From Pseudomonadota bacterium (GTDB lineage Bacteria > Bdellovibrionota > FAC87 > UBA2466), in contig JAYUGC010000113.1 of NCBI GenBank assembly GCA_043767805.1, positions 1 through 61,972 on the forward strand: 61,972 bases of DNA, written 5' to 3'. This document shows positions 35,260 to 44,469 of the stretch, piece after piece. The notes under the pieces were generated by a model. That model saw nothing but the letters and a program-made list of their open reading frames with translations, had not been told where the DNA came from and searched no databases. The position numbers were made by a program, and so were the translations under genes. The first letter of the stretch is position 1. Each line of letters begins with the position of its first letter.

Positions 35260-37452
35260 TCAAGGGAATAACATCCAATTTGTTTCCCGCGAGACCGAAC
35301 TTCGCCAGAAACTCCCAGCCAGCGCCTTTAGGATCGAATCGCAAACGGAGAGAGCCGTGCGGGCGAGAGGGCGGATCCAGCGTCGCTGGAGCACGAAGCC
35401 GACGAGGCTCCGATAGATTCGGAAAGAACGGGTGTTGAGGGAAAAAGCCATGTCGGTCGGCCAGAGATGGGTGTGGGAGCTCAGCGTTTCTTCGCGGAAA
35501 TGATAAGCGGCGATATACTGAGAGAACGTCCGGCGCAGGGTCTCGGGCATCGCTTCATCATAAGCGCGCAGAGCTCTGCGGCGATTGACGAAAATACTCA
35601 AGGAGCGAGAGCTGCTCATCGGCGTTTCCCGGTAATAGACGAGCGGCACCGGAACCACATCGAGGGCGCGGCCCGCTAGCGAGATGCGAGCGAGGTATTC
35701 CCAGTCCTCGAAACTCGCGCTGCGATCGGAGGTGAACCCGCCGCTTTCCAGAAACGCGCTCTTACGGATGCAAAAACTCGTGTCGCCAAAGACGTTTTGA
35801 GACATGCCCGCGTCGACGCAAGGGCCGATGGGGAAATAATAAGTGCGATAGGGCGCGCCTTCCTCGGGGGTTAGTTCTCCCTTAAAGAGAAGCATGTGGC
35901 ACGTGACGCAATCGGCGCCCGACTGGGCGAGCGCTTTGGCGAGAGTCGCGACTGCGTTAGGCGCGAAGGTGTTGTCCGAATCAAAAAAAATCAAATACTC
36001 GCCCTTGGCCGCATGGGCCAGGTAGTTGCGGGTGACACTCGGACCCTCGTTCTCTTTTTCGATGAAGCGCCAATTTGGCCTTTGGTAAAGCTGCTTCATC
36101 TGTCTAAAAACCGTTTTGGAGAGCTCGCAGGTGCTGCCGTCGTCGACGACGACCACTTCCATGGGCTCGTGCTTGTTGCGCGCGATACTCTCCAGCATGG
36201 CGGGAAGGTAAGTCGCGTGGTTGAAATGCGGAATGCAGACCGACACCAGCGGAGGCTCTGCCGTGCTCACGGCCCGCGGCTTTTCCTCGTGCAGTGAAAG
36301 CCATTTGGCTTTCGCAACGCTCGGACGATAAGCATGGTTCGCGGGCACGGCCAGCCGAGTGCCCCGCTCTTCCAAAGCGCGGGCTAGATGAAAGGGAGTC
36401 GGCGTGAAAAGCCGCGAGGCGTCCGCCGCTTCGGGCATGCCGCCCGCGTTCGACGAAAGAAAGGGAAGTCCGGCCTCGATGACTTCCAAGAGCGACAGAG
36501 GAAGGTTGTCTAAGAGCGACGGCATTACCGCGACGGCCCTGGAGGCGGATAGGAAGTCCATCGCCGATACCGCATCGAGATCGGAGATAATGCTCGTGCT
36601 CTCGGCGAGGGCTTTCGGCCAAAACTGAAAGCGATGATAAAGGTAGTCCAAAGCCGTGGCCCCGATGGCCGTTCCGGGTTTACCGAGAAAGGTGATTTTG
36701 CGCGGGAGAGACGGGCTTTCTCGCTCGATCAATAGCTCCACGGCCTCACAGAAAACTTCGAGCCCCTTGCGGGTCTCCAGTCGTCCGAAGAACGCCAAGT
36801 GAGAGAGATCCACCGGCGCGCGGTCTTTGAGTTTAGGCATTTCGGTAAGTGGAGGATAAGCGAGGACTCGGTGCTCTTTCGCGAGCCGCCATCCCCGCTC
36901 TTTCACCCAGTCGAGCATATTCTGAGAAGGACTGACGACGAGGTCGGCGTGCTCGGCGGTGTAGCGCTCCATGAAATCGAGCTTCGCGTCGCGCAGCGGA
37001 TCGAGAGACCAGCTTTGCATGCCGTCCCGCACCCACTCACTGCTGCTGTGCAAAGTCAGCACGAGCCGGGTGTTCTGAAACGCCACTCCCATGCGCTTAC
37101 TCTGAATCGGCATGAAGCCGTTGGCCTGCCAATCCTGGAAATGGATGAGGTCATAGGATCGGCTGGTCAGAAAACGATGGACCTGATGGGTTTTTTGAAG
37201 GAACCAATCTTCGATGACGTCGGGAGCAAAGCGCGCGCCCGGGGCCTCATCGACATGATGGAACTCGATGCCGAGTTTCGCGAACTCGGCGCGGTGGCTG
37301 TTTACGTCGCCTTTTTCGAAGGGACTAGTGAAGAGTACGGTGACGTCATGCCGTTCGCGGGCCAAAAGCAGAGCGAGGCGGTAGCAGTGCGTGCCAATGC
37401 CTCCATTGCGAACGGGCCCGACGATGTCGGGGGTGACCAAGCAAACTTTCAT
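35260..37452 (-). CDS. Bifunctional glycosyltransferase (GT4 + GT2)
   Basis: N-terminal GGIGT and FFGRLETRKG...DNLP (GT4); C-terminal VSVCIPHFNH, VVDDGS, FFDSD and EDWE (GT2). Confidence 0.9.
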   Translation of the reverse strand: MKVCLVTPDIVGPVRNGGIGTHCYRLALLLARERHDVTVLFTSPFEKGDVNSHRAEFAKLGIEFHHVDEAPGARFAPDVIEDWFLQKTHQVHRFLTSRSYDLIHFQDWQANGFMPIQSKRMGVAFQNTRLVLTLHSSSEWVRDGMQSWSLDPLRDAKLDFMERYTAEHADLVVSPSQNMLDWVKERGWRLAKEHRVLAYPPLTEMPKLKDRAPVDLSHLAFFGRLETRKGLEVFCEAVELLIERESPSLPRKITFLGKPGTAIGATALDYLYHRFQFWPKALAESTSIISDLDAVSAMDFLSASRAVAVMPSLLDNLPLSLLEVIEAGLPFLSSNAGGMPEAADASRLFTPTPFHLARALEERGTRLAVPANHAYRPSVAKAKWLSLHEEKPRAVSTAEPPLVSVCIPHFNHATYLPAMLESIARNKHEPMEVVVVDDGSTCELSKTVFRQMKQLYQRPNWRFIEKENEGPSVTRNYLAHAAKGEYLIFFDSDNTFAPNAVATLAKALAQSGADCVTCHMLLFKGELTPEEGAPYRTYYFPIGPCVDAGMSQNVFGDTSFCIRKSAFLESGGFTSDRSASFEDWEYLARISLAGRALDVVPVPLVYYRETPMSSSRSLSIFVNRRRALRAYDEAMPETLRRTFSQYIAAYHFREETLSSHTHLWPTDMAFSLNTRSFRIYRSLVGFVLQRRWIRPLARTALSVCDSILKALAGSFWRSSVSRETNWMLFP

Positions 37453-37534
37453 TGCGGCTAATTATCTACACCGAAGGGGGTGGCGACAAGCCTTGCGAGC
37501 GCTGGCGCGGCTTTCGCTCTGACACCGCCCGTCG

Positions 37535-37975
37535 TCACGGATGACGGAAAGGGCCCGGGATGCAGGTCATCGACATGACGACGTTGTCCTGCAAGCGAGC
37601 GAGGCCCTGGCCGAACTGACCGTTGAAATCATGGAAGATGCCGAAGGAAACGGCGGCGCGTCCCGGCTCGCCGTACTTAATGGTCGTTTTGGTTGCTTTT
37701 AGTTCGATGCGGTAGAGAGGGGTCGCTCTTTTTTCCGTCGCTTCGATCCGGCAATCAAACTCGTGCGCCGCGCTGGCGCCGTACTCGCCGCTTTCGCCGA
37801 TGGCGGTGCAGGTGCCTTGCTCGACGTCATGGTGCAACGTGAAGATGAGGGAGTAGGTTTTGCCGGAGTCCCGGGTGCGGCTATCGCACCAGAGCGAAGA
37901 TTTCACATCGGTTCCCCAGGCCTGGGAGGCCAGGGAGAGGGACAGGGACAGAAGGATCCAGGTCGTTCGCCACAT
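37535..37975 (-). CDS. Secreted hypothetical protein
   Basis: Signal peptide ending SQAWG; four Cys residues. Confidence 0.65.
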   Translation of the reverse strand: MWRTTWILLSLSLSLASQAWGTDVKSSLWCDSRTRDSGKTYSLIFTLHHDVEQGTCTAIGESGEYGASAAHEFDCRIEATEKRATPLYRIELKATKTTIKYGEPGRAAVSFGIFHDFNGQFGQGLARLQDNVVMSMTCIPGPFRHP

Positions 37976-38107
37976 CGAGAGTTCCTTGGAAAGAAAGTGG
38001 CTCTAAGTACCATAAGGCGCGGTTCCGGATCAAAAATAGGCCCCCTTTAGGCTCAAAAGTTGTCATCGGAGGGCGGTCGCCTTACGCTTTTGGGGTAACC
38101 AAACCCC

Positions 38108-39310
38108 ATGGAAGATTTTGACCTACTTATTGTCGGTGCCGGACCCGTTGGGTGCACCGTTGCGGAGCGCGCCGCGTCCCAAAAGGGATGGAAGAGTGTC
38201 ATTGTCGAACGGCGCTCCCATTTAGCAGGCAACTGCTTTGATGAAAAAGACGAGAACGGCATTCTCGTCCACCGCTTCGGCCCCCACTATTTTCGCACGG
38301 GTAACGAGAGGGTCTATCGCTACCTATCCCGCTTCACCGATTGGATTGACGGAAACTACCGGGTCAAAGTGCAAAGCGGTGGCCGTCTCTTTCCCTTTCC
38401 GATCAACCTCGAGACTCTGGAGCTCTTCTTCGACCGGCCGCTGACCGTGGAGGACGCCGAGGCCTTACTCGCGCGGGAACGCGTGGATCACCCGGCGCCC
38501 GCCAATTCGGAAGAGTGGGTGCTCTCTCGCGTCGGCAAACGACTCTACGAAGCCTTCTATCTGGGTTACACCCGCAAGCAGTGGGATCTGCATCCGCGCG
38601 ATCTGGGCGCTTCGGTTTGTGGCCGCATTCCGCTCCGCCTCTCCCGGGAAGATAGATACGCGGTAGCCCCGCACGTGTGCCTGCCCGCCGAGGGCTATAC
38701 GAAGCTCTTCAAAAAGATGACTCGCGATCCTCGCATCCGGATTCTGTATCGCACGGGCTTCGAAGAAATTCGGGGGTCTTTCAAGCCCCGGGTCGCGACG
38801 GTTTACTGCGGGCCTCTCGATGATTATTTCGGAGCCCGGTTGGGAAAGCTCCCTTGGAGATCGCTCGAGTTCGAGTTTCGCAAGTTCGACCAGGAGCTCG
38901 TTCAGCCTTGCGTGCAAATCAACTATCCCAACGAGTACGAGTACACGCGCTCCGTCGAGTACAAGCACGTCACGGGACAAAAGCATGCCGTCACGGTTGT
39001 TTCCTACGAGTATCCCAAAGCGTCGGGAGACCCCTACTATCCGGTCGTGGGCCCCGAGACGGATCGGCGCCTGGAAAAGTACCAACGCTTAGCCCGAGAA
39101 GAGACGAGGCTACGCAACGTGCATTTTGCGGGACGGCTCGCCGAGTACCGTTACCTAAACATGGACGAAGCCATCGCCGCCGGGCTCGACGTTTTCAGGA
39201 AAATCGCCAACGCCGAACTGGCCGCTCCCCTGCGCTCTCCTTCAAATCGCCTTCATGAACGCGATGAGGTCCTGCTTTTCGGCGGTGGTGAGTTTGGTCT
39301 GCAGGATTAA
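38108..39310 (+). CDS. glf: UDP-galactopyranose mutase
   Basis: Motifs IVGAGPVG, HRFGPHYF, GYTRKQW, DPYYP and GRLAEYRYLNMD. Confidence 0.93.
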   Translation: MEDFDLLIVGAGPVGCTVAERAASQKGWKSVIVERRSHLAGNCFDEKDENGILVHRFGPHYFRTGNERVYRYLSRFTDWIDGNYRVKVQSGGRLFPFPINLETLELFFDRPLTVEDAEALLARERVDHPAPANSEEWVLSRVGKRLYEAFYLGYTRKQWDLHPRDLGASVCGRIPLRLSREDRYAVAPHVCLPAEGYTKLFKKMTRDPRIRILYRTGFEEIRGSFKPRVATVYCGPLDDYFGARLGKLPWRSLEFEFRKFDQELVQPCVQINYPNEYEYTRSVEYKHVTGQKHAVTVVSYEYPKASGDPYYPVVGPETDRRLEKYQRLAREETRLRNVHFAGRLAEYRYLNMDEAIAAGLDVFRKIANAELAAPLRSPSNRLHERDEVLLFGGGEFGLQD

Positions 39311-39463
39311 GTTAAAGAACTCCACCGTGTCATCCAGGGTGAGCAAGCGTCCGTCGTGCAGATAAGGCGGAGAGTCTTTGATGCCTCTCAAAGGGAACGT
39401 CTTGATGGGCCCGTCCGCTTTCAGCAAAACGCCATCCAGCCTTTCCTGACGGAAAAGTGCCAA
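39242..39463 (-). pseudogene. C-terminal remnant of a di-heme cytochrome c peroxidase/MauG-like gene
   Basis: IKTFPLRGIKDSPPYLHDGRLLTLDDTVEFF...EKQDLIAFM; no CxxCH and no N-terminal part. Confidence 0.7.
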
Positions 39464-39469
39464 ACTCGG

Positions 39470-41266
39470 TTAGACGCGGGGCTGAACTTCGAAGAGTATC
39501 TTTAGAGACTTCACTTTTGAGGCATGAGGGCTTGCCGTGAAGGTGAAATCGAACTGCCAGTTTCCCTGAGCCGATTTACGGGCGAAACCCGGCCGTAGGG
39601 TCAGCAGGCAAGACGAACCTCTGCAGACGGGCTCGCCACCCGTGGGCGAAGCGTCCGCTCCGTACCCGTACTTGCCGTTCTTGTCCGGAGGGATGGCCGA
39701 CATCTGAATCGTGTCCATCGCGTCGTCGTATTGGGCGAACACTTTCAGCGCGCTCAAGGTTCCTTCGACATCGAGGTCGTGCTCGAAGTGAAACGGCGTC
39801 GTGCCCGAGATTTTGCCCGAGGCGGGAAGCTGGTAGCCGGGAATCTCGACGACCCGGCGCACGTTTCCGTTGGGAAGGACTTGCTCGCCTATGGCCGGAA
39901 CTCCTTCCGGAGCGCTGTAGGAAGTCGTCTTCTGGGAGAGAAAACGTTTTTGATCGTAAGGCGCGAAAAGGGCCATGCGGAGCTCGGCTTTACCGCGTTT
40001 TGCCTCTCCTCCGATCCAAAGGCCATCCGGGGTGAAGTAAGCTTCGAGGTCGGGAGCCATGTCCTCGAAGAACATCCAGCCGATAGGGGCAACCTCGCCG
40101 TCGGGAACCCAGTGTTTGCGGCATTTGGCGGAGGCCTCCGCCCTATCCGACTCGTCGACGGCGCACTCGCTCACCATTTTTTGAAGCCCCTTTTTTTTGT
40201 ACTGAATGGCATTCGATTTCGCGAGAATGATTAGATTCGACTCTCGTCTCAGGAAAATCTCGCCTTCCGTGGGAATGCCGTAAATCGCGGTCAAATCCTT
40301 CCAGAAGCCCGCGACCGACCTCCAAGGGGTGCAATCGGAAGGTGACTCACACGAACGAGTCACGGCAAAGAGATGATAGCGGCCCAGCTGAACCGCGCTT
40401 TCTTGCTTCATCACCTTCGACATGACTTCGGAGAAGGGAAGCCGAGTCGTCGGTTTTTTTGTGATGCGGTAAGCCTCCACGGCCGAAACATCTTGGAGTT
40501 TGGGGCTGGCTTCGGCGGGAGTTCCCAAAGTCAGGCCCATTCCGCTCAGCTGTTTTCGGATTTCGCCGTCCGACATGCCATCGATCCGCTCCGAGTGGAG
40601 GAGTTGGTTGATGCGCCGGTTGCGATCTTCATTGTTGCTGATGTCCCAGAGCCATTCGTGGATATAGAGGTAAGAGAGCTGGAGGGCATCGTTAATCTCG
40701 AGCTCATTCAGAACTTTAGGTACGTATTTATAGACGAGGTTGCCAGGTGGCCGCCCCGTGAAGAAATCGTCTTGAAAGACCACGGCCGGAATAAGCTCCG
40801 TTTCGCCCTTCTCGTTCTGACAAGCGAGGGGAAGTTTGCTGACGAGAGACTTCAAGTTACTTTTGATTTGCTCTTTGGGAAGCACGTTCGGATCTCCCGC
40901 GTCGACCGCGGTGTGAAGCTTCAAGTTCAAGACACCGTACGGCGAAGCTTCCCAGACCCGGCTCCGGCTGTAGTCGGTGTTGCGTACGTTAATGACGAAA
41001 TCCTCATAGAGCTTCATCTGCGCTTCGGTCAGCACGCCCTGAAGCAGGCGCTTGATACGTTCCGACGACTCTTCCCAGGTCTTGATCTTGTGGGAAGGCC
41101 CAAGACCCGTGGTGACGAGATAGTCGAGCGAGTAATACCCTTCGCGGATCCCTTCGGCTTCGTTCGTGCGGCAGGGTACCGCGAAACCGTTTCCGGTGCG
41201 TCCCCCTTCGGTGGCGAGGGCAAGAGTGCCGAGGAGCACGAGGCTAGCGGCGAGGACTCGGATCAT
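39470..41266 (-). CDS. Secreted multidomain protein (GGxxGNG N-terminus, HExxW segment, P-proprotein-like C-terminus)
   Basis: Signal peptide; EGGRTGNG; YIHEWLW...RRINQLLHS; C-terminal KSAQGNWQF...VKSLKILF. Confidence 0.7.
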   Translation of the reverse strand: MIRVLAASLVLLGTLALATEGGRTGNGFAVPCRTNEAEGIREGYYSLDYLVTTGLGPSHKIKTWEESSERIKRLLQGVLTEAQMKLYEDFVINVRNTDYSRSRVWEASPYGVLNLKLHTAVDAGDPNVLPKEQIKSNLKSLVSKLPLACQNEKGETELIPAVVFQDDFFTGRPPGNLVYKYVPKVLNELEINDALQLSYLYIHEWLWDISNNEDRNRRINQLLHSERIDGMSDGEIRKQLSGMGLTLGTPAEASPKLQDVSAVEAYRITKKPTTRLPFSEVMSKVMKQESAVQLGRYHLFAVTRSCESPSDCTPWRSVAGFWKDLTAIYGIPTEGEIFLRRESNLIILAKSNAIQYKKKGLQKMVSECAVDESDRAEASAKCRKHWVPDGEVAPIGWMFFEDMAPDLEAYFTPDGLWIGGEAKRGKAELRMALFAPYDQKRFLSQKTTSYSAPEGVPAIGEQVLPNGNVRRVVEIPGYQLPASGKISGTTPFHFEHDLDVEGTLSALKVFAQYDDAMDTIQMSAIPPDKNGKYGYGADASPTGGEPVCRGSSCLLTLRPGFARKSAQGNWQFDFTFTASPHASKVKSLKILFEVQPRV

Positions 41267-42060
41267 AAATTATCTCCTTCATCGAGACGGAAAAACTGAA
41301 CGGACATTTGATAAATCGCCTGGCGGTCGCCTTCTTCCAGAAACGCCATCATCTCGTCTTGAAAACGGCGGATGCGCTTCTTGATTTCGGGCATCTTCTT
41401 CGGATCGGTGCTGACGACGATGCTCCCAAACTCGCGCAGCGCTTGCGGCTGCCAGAGCTTGCGGCGGCCGAGCTGAAGGACGCCGTCGTGAAATTGGCGG
41501 ATGGCGCCCTCGAAAGCCTTGCGATCGTCGGGAGTGGAATAGGAGGCGTGGGCCTTCTTCCACGGCTTGCCGTCGGTGGTGAGAAGCCCGAGGCTTCGGA
41601 GCCGGCGGATGGCGGCTTCCGTTTCGACGATGGTTTGCCCGAGTTTTTTCGCGATCCAGGGCGCGTTCGGAACGAAACCTTCCACGGTGGTCAGCTCCAG
41701 GATGGCGTAATGCACCCAGCTCGACATGGTTTGGTAGGCTGCCGCTTCGAGTCCGTAGTGGGGCACCACCTCGCGGTCGGTTTCTTTGAGCTCGGAAAGA
41801 ATCTTTTTGCGAGAGGCCTCGTCTTTCGCTTTTTCAAAACGAAGGAGCGTGACGAAGCGCCGGGTCTTGTCCGTTTCCCAGCCCAGCTTGTCCGCGATGT
41901 CGAAGGCGCGCGTCTCGGTGAGCCTGCGCGAGGCGTTTAGCACCTGGCAGAGGAAAGCGGCGGATAGGCCGAGGTCGCGAGCCATGGCGCGCGCCGAATA
42001 GGACGAGTTGCGTCCGATGCGGTCTAAAAGCTCCCGGCGGAGCATGCTTTGGTAGCCCAT
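41263..42060 (-). CDS. TIGR02147/DUF4423-family HTH protein
   Basis: N-terminal SYSARAMARDLGLS HTH, SWVHYAILEL, IRQFH and IYQMSVQFF; ATGA overlap with the downstream gene. Confidence 0.85.
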   Translation of the reverse strand: MGYQSMLRRELLDRIGRNSSYSARAMARDLGLSAAFLCQVLNASRRLTETRAFDIADKLGWETDKTRRFVTLLRFEKAKDEASRKKILSELKETDREVVPHYGLEAAAYQTMSSWVHYAILELTTVEGFVPNAPWIAKKLGQTIVETEAAIRRLRSLGLLTTDGKPWKKAHASYSTPDDRKAFEGAIRQFHDGVLQLGRRKLWQPQALREFGSIVVSTDPKKMPEIKKRIRRFQDEMMAFLEEGDRQAIYQMSVQFFRLDEGDNL

Positions 42061-42322
42061 GTCTGGAGTGGGTGGCACGGCGCGGCAAATTAGCAAAGGA
42101 ACCTGCAAACAGCAAACACTAACCGGATAAGTTTTTATTATCAGGCAGATGGCCGGAGAGGGGGAGAGCCTGCCTCGAAGCAGGCACGAATTTGCTGCCC
42201 GCAAACGATTCCTTTCGCGGAGGGCTGGGGGGCATTGAAGCGCCACTGCTCCGACCGCTATCTACCCCCACGAAGTAACAACGGCTTCGCGCTGGCGCGG
42301 GCCTTTTCGCTAAGGATTAGTG

Positions 42323-42979
42323 ATGAAAAAATTGGTAGCAGGTTTGGGCCTAGTGCTCGTGGTGGGATGTGGAAAGAACGGTTTGAACTCTCAGGAAGGA
42401 CAACGCTCCGACGCGGCTCCCGAATTGCGCGGCGCTTGGAGCTCGCTTTGCGAGGGGAGCAGCATCGTATCGCTTTCGTTCGATGAGAAGAAACTCACCG
42501 TGACGCAAGATCATTACAAAGATCTCGAGTGCAAGGATCTCGAGCGTACCGTCGTCAATGCCGGCGAGTACAATCTTGCCAGCAATTTCAAAGAGGGGAT
42601 CAACAACTCGGTGGTCTACGTTCAGGATCCCACGTTTCAAATCGCGTACCACTACGACGCGGACATCACTGACTACAACAACAAGATCATCAATAATCAG
42701 GCCGATAACGAGAAGCCCATGGATACCACCAAGAATAAAGACGATCAGCGACTGCAAACGCGCAAGAACTCGAAGATTCGTGAAACGAAGCTCATGGGCT
42801 TCTTCAAGCGGGGCGTGCCGAACCCCATGAACAGACTGCAGACTGAGTTTTTGGCTCCCGGAGACAAGCCGCTCATTGATTTCGGTACGCGCTCCGCTTT
42901 CCGCTACGAAGTCGACAACGGCTTCTTGCAACTCGCCGGGCCCTCCGTGATCGGCAGCCGAGTTTACTCGAAACAGTAA
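42323..42979 (+). CDS. Hypothetical lipoprotein (lipocalin-like beta strands)
   Basis: Lipobox VVGC; LRGAWSSLC...YKDLEC. Confidence 0.75.
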   Translation: MKKLVAGLGLVLVVGCGKNGLNSQEGQRSDAAPELRGAWSSLCEGSSIVSLSFDEKKLTVTQDHYKDLECKDLERTVVNAGEYNLASNFKEGINNSVVYVQDPTFQIAYHYDADITDYNNKIINNQADNEKPMDTTKNKDDQRLQTRKNSKIRETKLMGFFKRGVPNPMNRLQTEFLAPGDKPLIDFGTRSAFRYEVDNGFLQLAGPSVIGSRVYSKQ

Positions 42980-43000
42980 AGAGTCCCTGAGACACCCATG

Positions 43001-43028
43001 GGGGCCGCTTCCGTAAGGGAGCGGCCCC
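43001..43028 (+). terminator. Hairpin terminator
   Basis: GGGGCCGCTTCC-GTAA-GGGAGCGGCCCC. A second inverted repeat AAAAGGTGCC/GGCACCTTTT lies at 43050-43078. Confidence 0.6.
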
Positions 43029-43094
43029 TCCCCATTTCCGCCATTAGCTAAAAGGTGCCAGGCCAAAAGGCACCTTTTGGCTGTGCCGAGAGTC

Positions 43095-43760
43095 CTATGG
43101 CCGGCTAACTCGGTCAGAGAGCCTGAAGTTGGTCAGCGGATAGTGCTCGCCAACTATAGAGAAGAGCTTGAGCACGAGCCAGTTCTTCTCCTCTTCGGTC
43201 CAGATCTCCACCGGAGCCCGCTCCGCGGCTCTGAAGTAATGAGTCAGATACCGGATGGTGAGATGAATGGGATCGAGCTCCCATTTCTTGTCCCGGTAAA
43301 ACGACTGACGGTACTCGAGATCGGTGCTCTCGATATTGAAGGTTCCCTTTAACGTAACGATCTTAAAGAGCGGCGCCCCCGTGGGGAAATAGCTTACCTG
43401 GCTGTCCAGGCCAGAGCCGACCATTTCGATTTCTCCCAAGTCGTCCTTTACGAAGAGGGCATGGATGTCTCCAAGGTGAGCTTCGCCCGCGCGGCGGACC
43501 AGGGCGAGGCGCACGGGCCCTTCGGGGTTACGTCCCAAGAGCGGGTAAACGGCTTTTAATGATTCGTACTCGGGCGCATCGAGAGCCTTGTAGGCGACCC
43601 CCTCACGGATTTCCTCCTCCGAAAATTTAGGGAAGACCGGCAAAATTTTCTCAAACCGGACCGCGCACTCCACGCAACGGTAAAGCTCATTGAACGTATC
43701 GATGCCCGCGAGCTGCGAAGTCGGCGACGTTCGGAGTAAGTCGTGAATCTCTTCCGCCAT
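43095..43760 (-). CDS. Hypothetical protein
   Basis: GGAGGT RBS upstream of ATG at 43760; globular-looking composition with no recognised motif. Confidence 0.6.
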   Translation of the reverse strand: MAEEIHDLLRTSPTSQLAGIDTFNELYRCVECAVRFEKILPVFPKFSEEEIREGVAYKALDAPEYESLKAVYPLLGRNPEGPVRLALVRRAGEAHLGDIHALFVKDDLGEIEMVGSGLDSQVSYFPTGAPLFKIVTLKGTFNIESTDLEYRQSFYRDKKWELDPIHLTIRYLTHYFRAAERAPVEIWTEEEKNWLVLKLFSIVGEHYPLTNFRLSDRVSRP

Positions 43761-43818
43761 GATGGTGCTTACCTCCAAACGACTATCGCACCGCAAAGAG
43801 TCTGGCGGCAGGCTTCAC

Positions 43819-44469
43819 TCAAGCTTCGGAACGGTTGCTCCGTAATCGAGTGGTGAAATGCAACCCTCGCCCGAAAAGCCAGTTCAGCCAGGCGGGATAA
43901 AGCAGGACTCGATTCTGCCAGACTTCGATTTCCGACCTTAAAGTTTGGAACGTCTCCCGCCAGCGGGACTCGGACCAATAATTGCCCGGCAACCGGACTC
44001 CGAAACGCTGATTCCCGACGGCATCCATGAACGTCAGAATTTTCCTGTCCCAAGCCGATTCGCAGAGGTGATCCTTCAGAATGAGATGGCCGGGGCTAAC
44101 TCGCTTGGCCTCTTTGAGTAACCCGAACGGATCGTCGGCATGATGTAAGACGTCGATAAACATCACGACGTCGAATGAATCGTCTGCAAACGGCAGATGT
44201 TTCCCATCGAAAATCTGCACGGGAACGTGGGGGAGGGCACGGGGATGGACGTCAACGCCCACGATGGTTACATCAGGCCTTTGTTCGAGGATGAGTTTAT
44301 CAATGAGCCCGTCCCCGCAGCCGACATCCAGAACGCGGGCTCCCTGAGGAAGCAGTGGCGCCAGTTGTTTCGCCAACACCCGAACCCGCCGGCCGAAAAT
44401 CATCGTCTCGTGTACCCATTCGACAAGAGACGTTACGCTCAATCCGCCCTTTTGCTTCACTTGGCTCAC
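43819..44469 (-). CDS. Class I SAM-dependent methyltransferase (glycan-associated)
   Basis: Motifs VLDVGCGDG and LPFADDSFDVV..DVLHH. Confidence 0.9.
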   Translation of the reverse strand: MSQVKQKGGLSVTSLVEWVHETMIFGRRVRVLAKQLAPLLPQGARVLDVGCGDGLIDKLILEQRPDVTIVGVDVHPRALPHVPVQIFDGKHLPFADDSFDVVMFIDVLHHADDPFGLLKEAKRVSPGHLILKDHLCESAWDRKILTFMDAVGNQRFGVRLPGNYWSESRWRETFQTLRSEIEVWQNRVLLYPAWLNWLFGRGLHFTTRLRSNRSEA

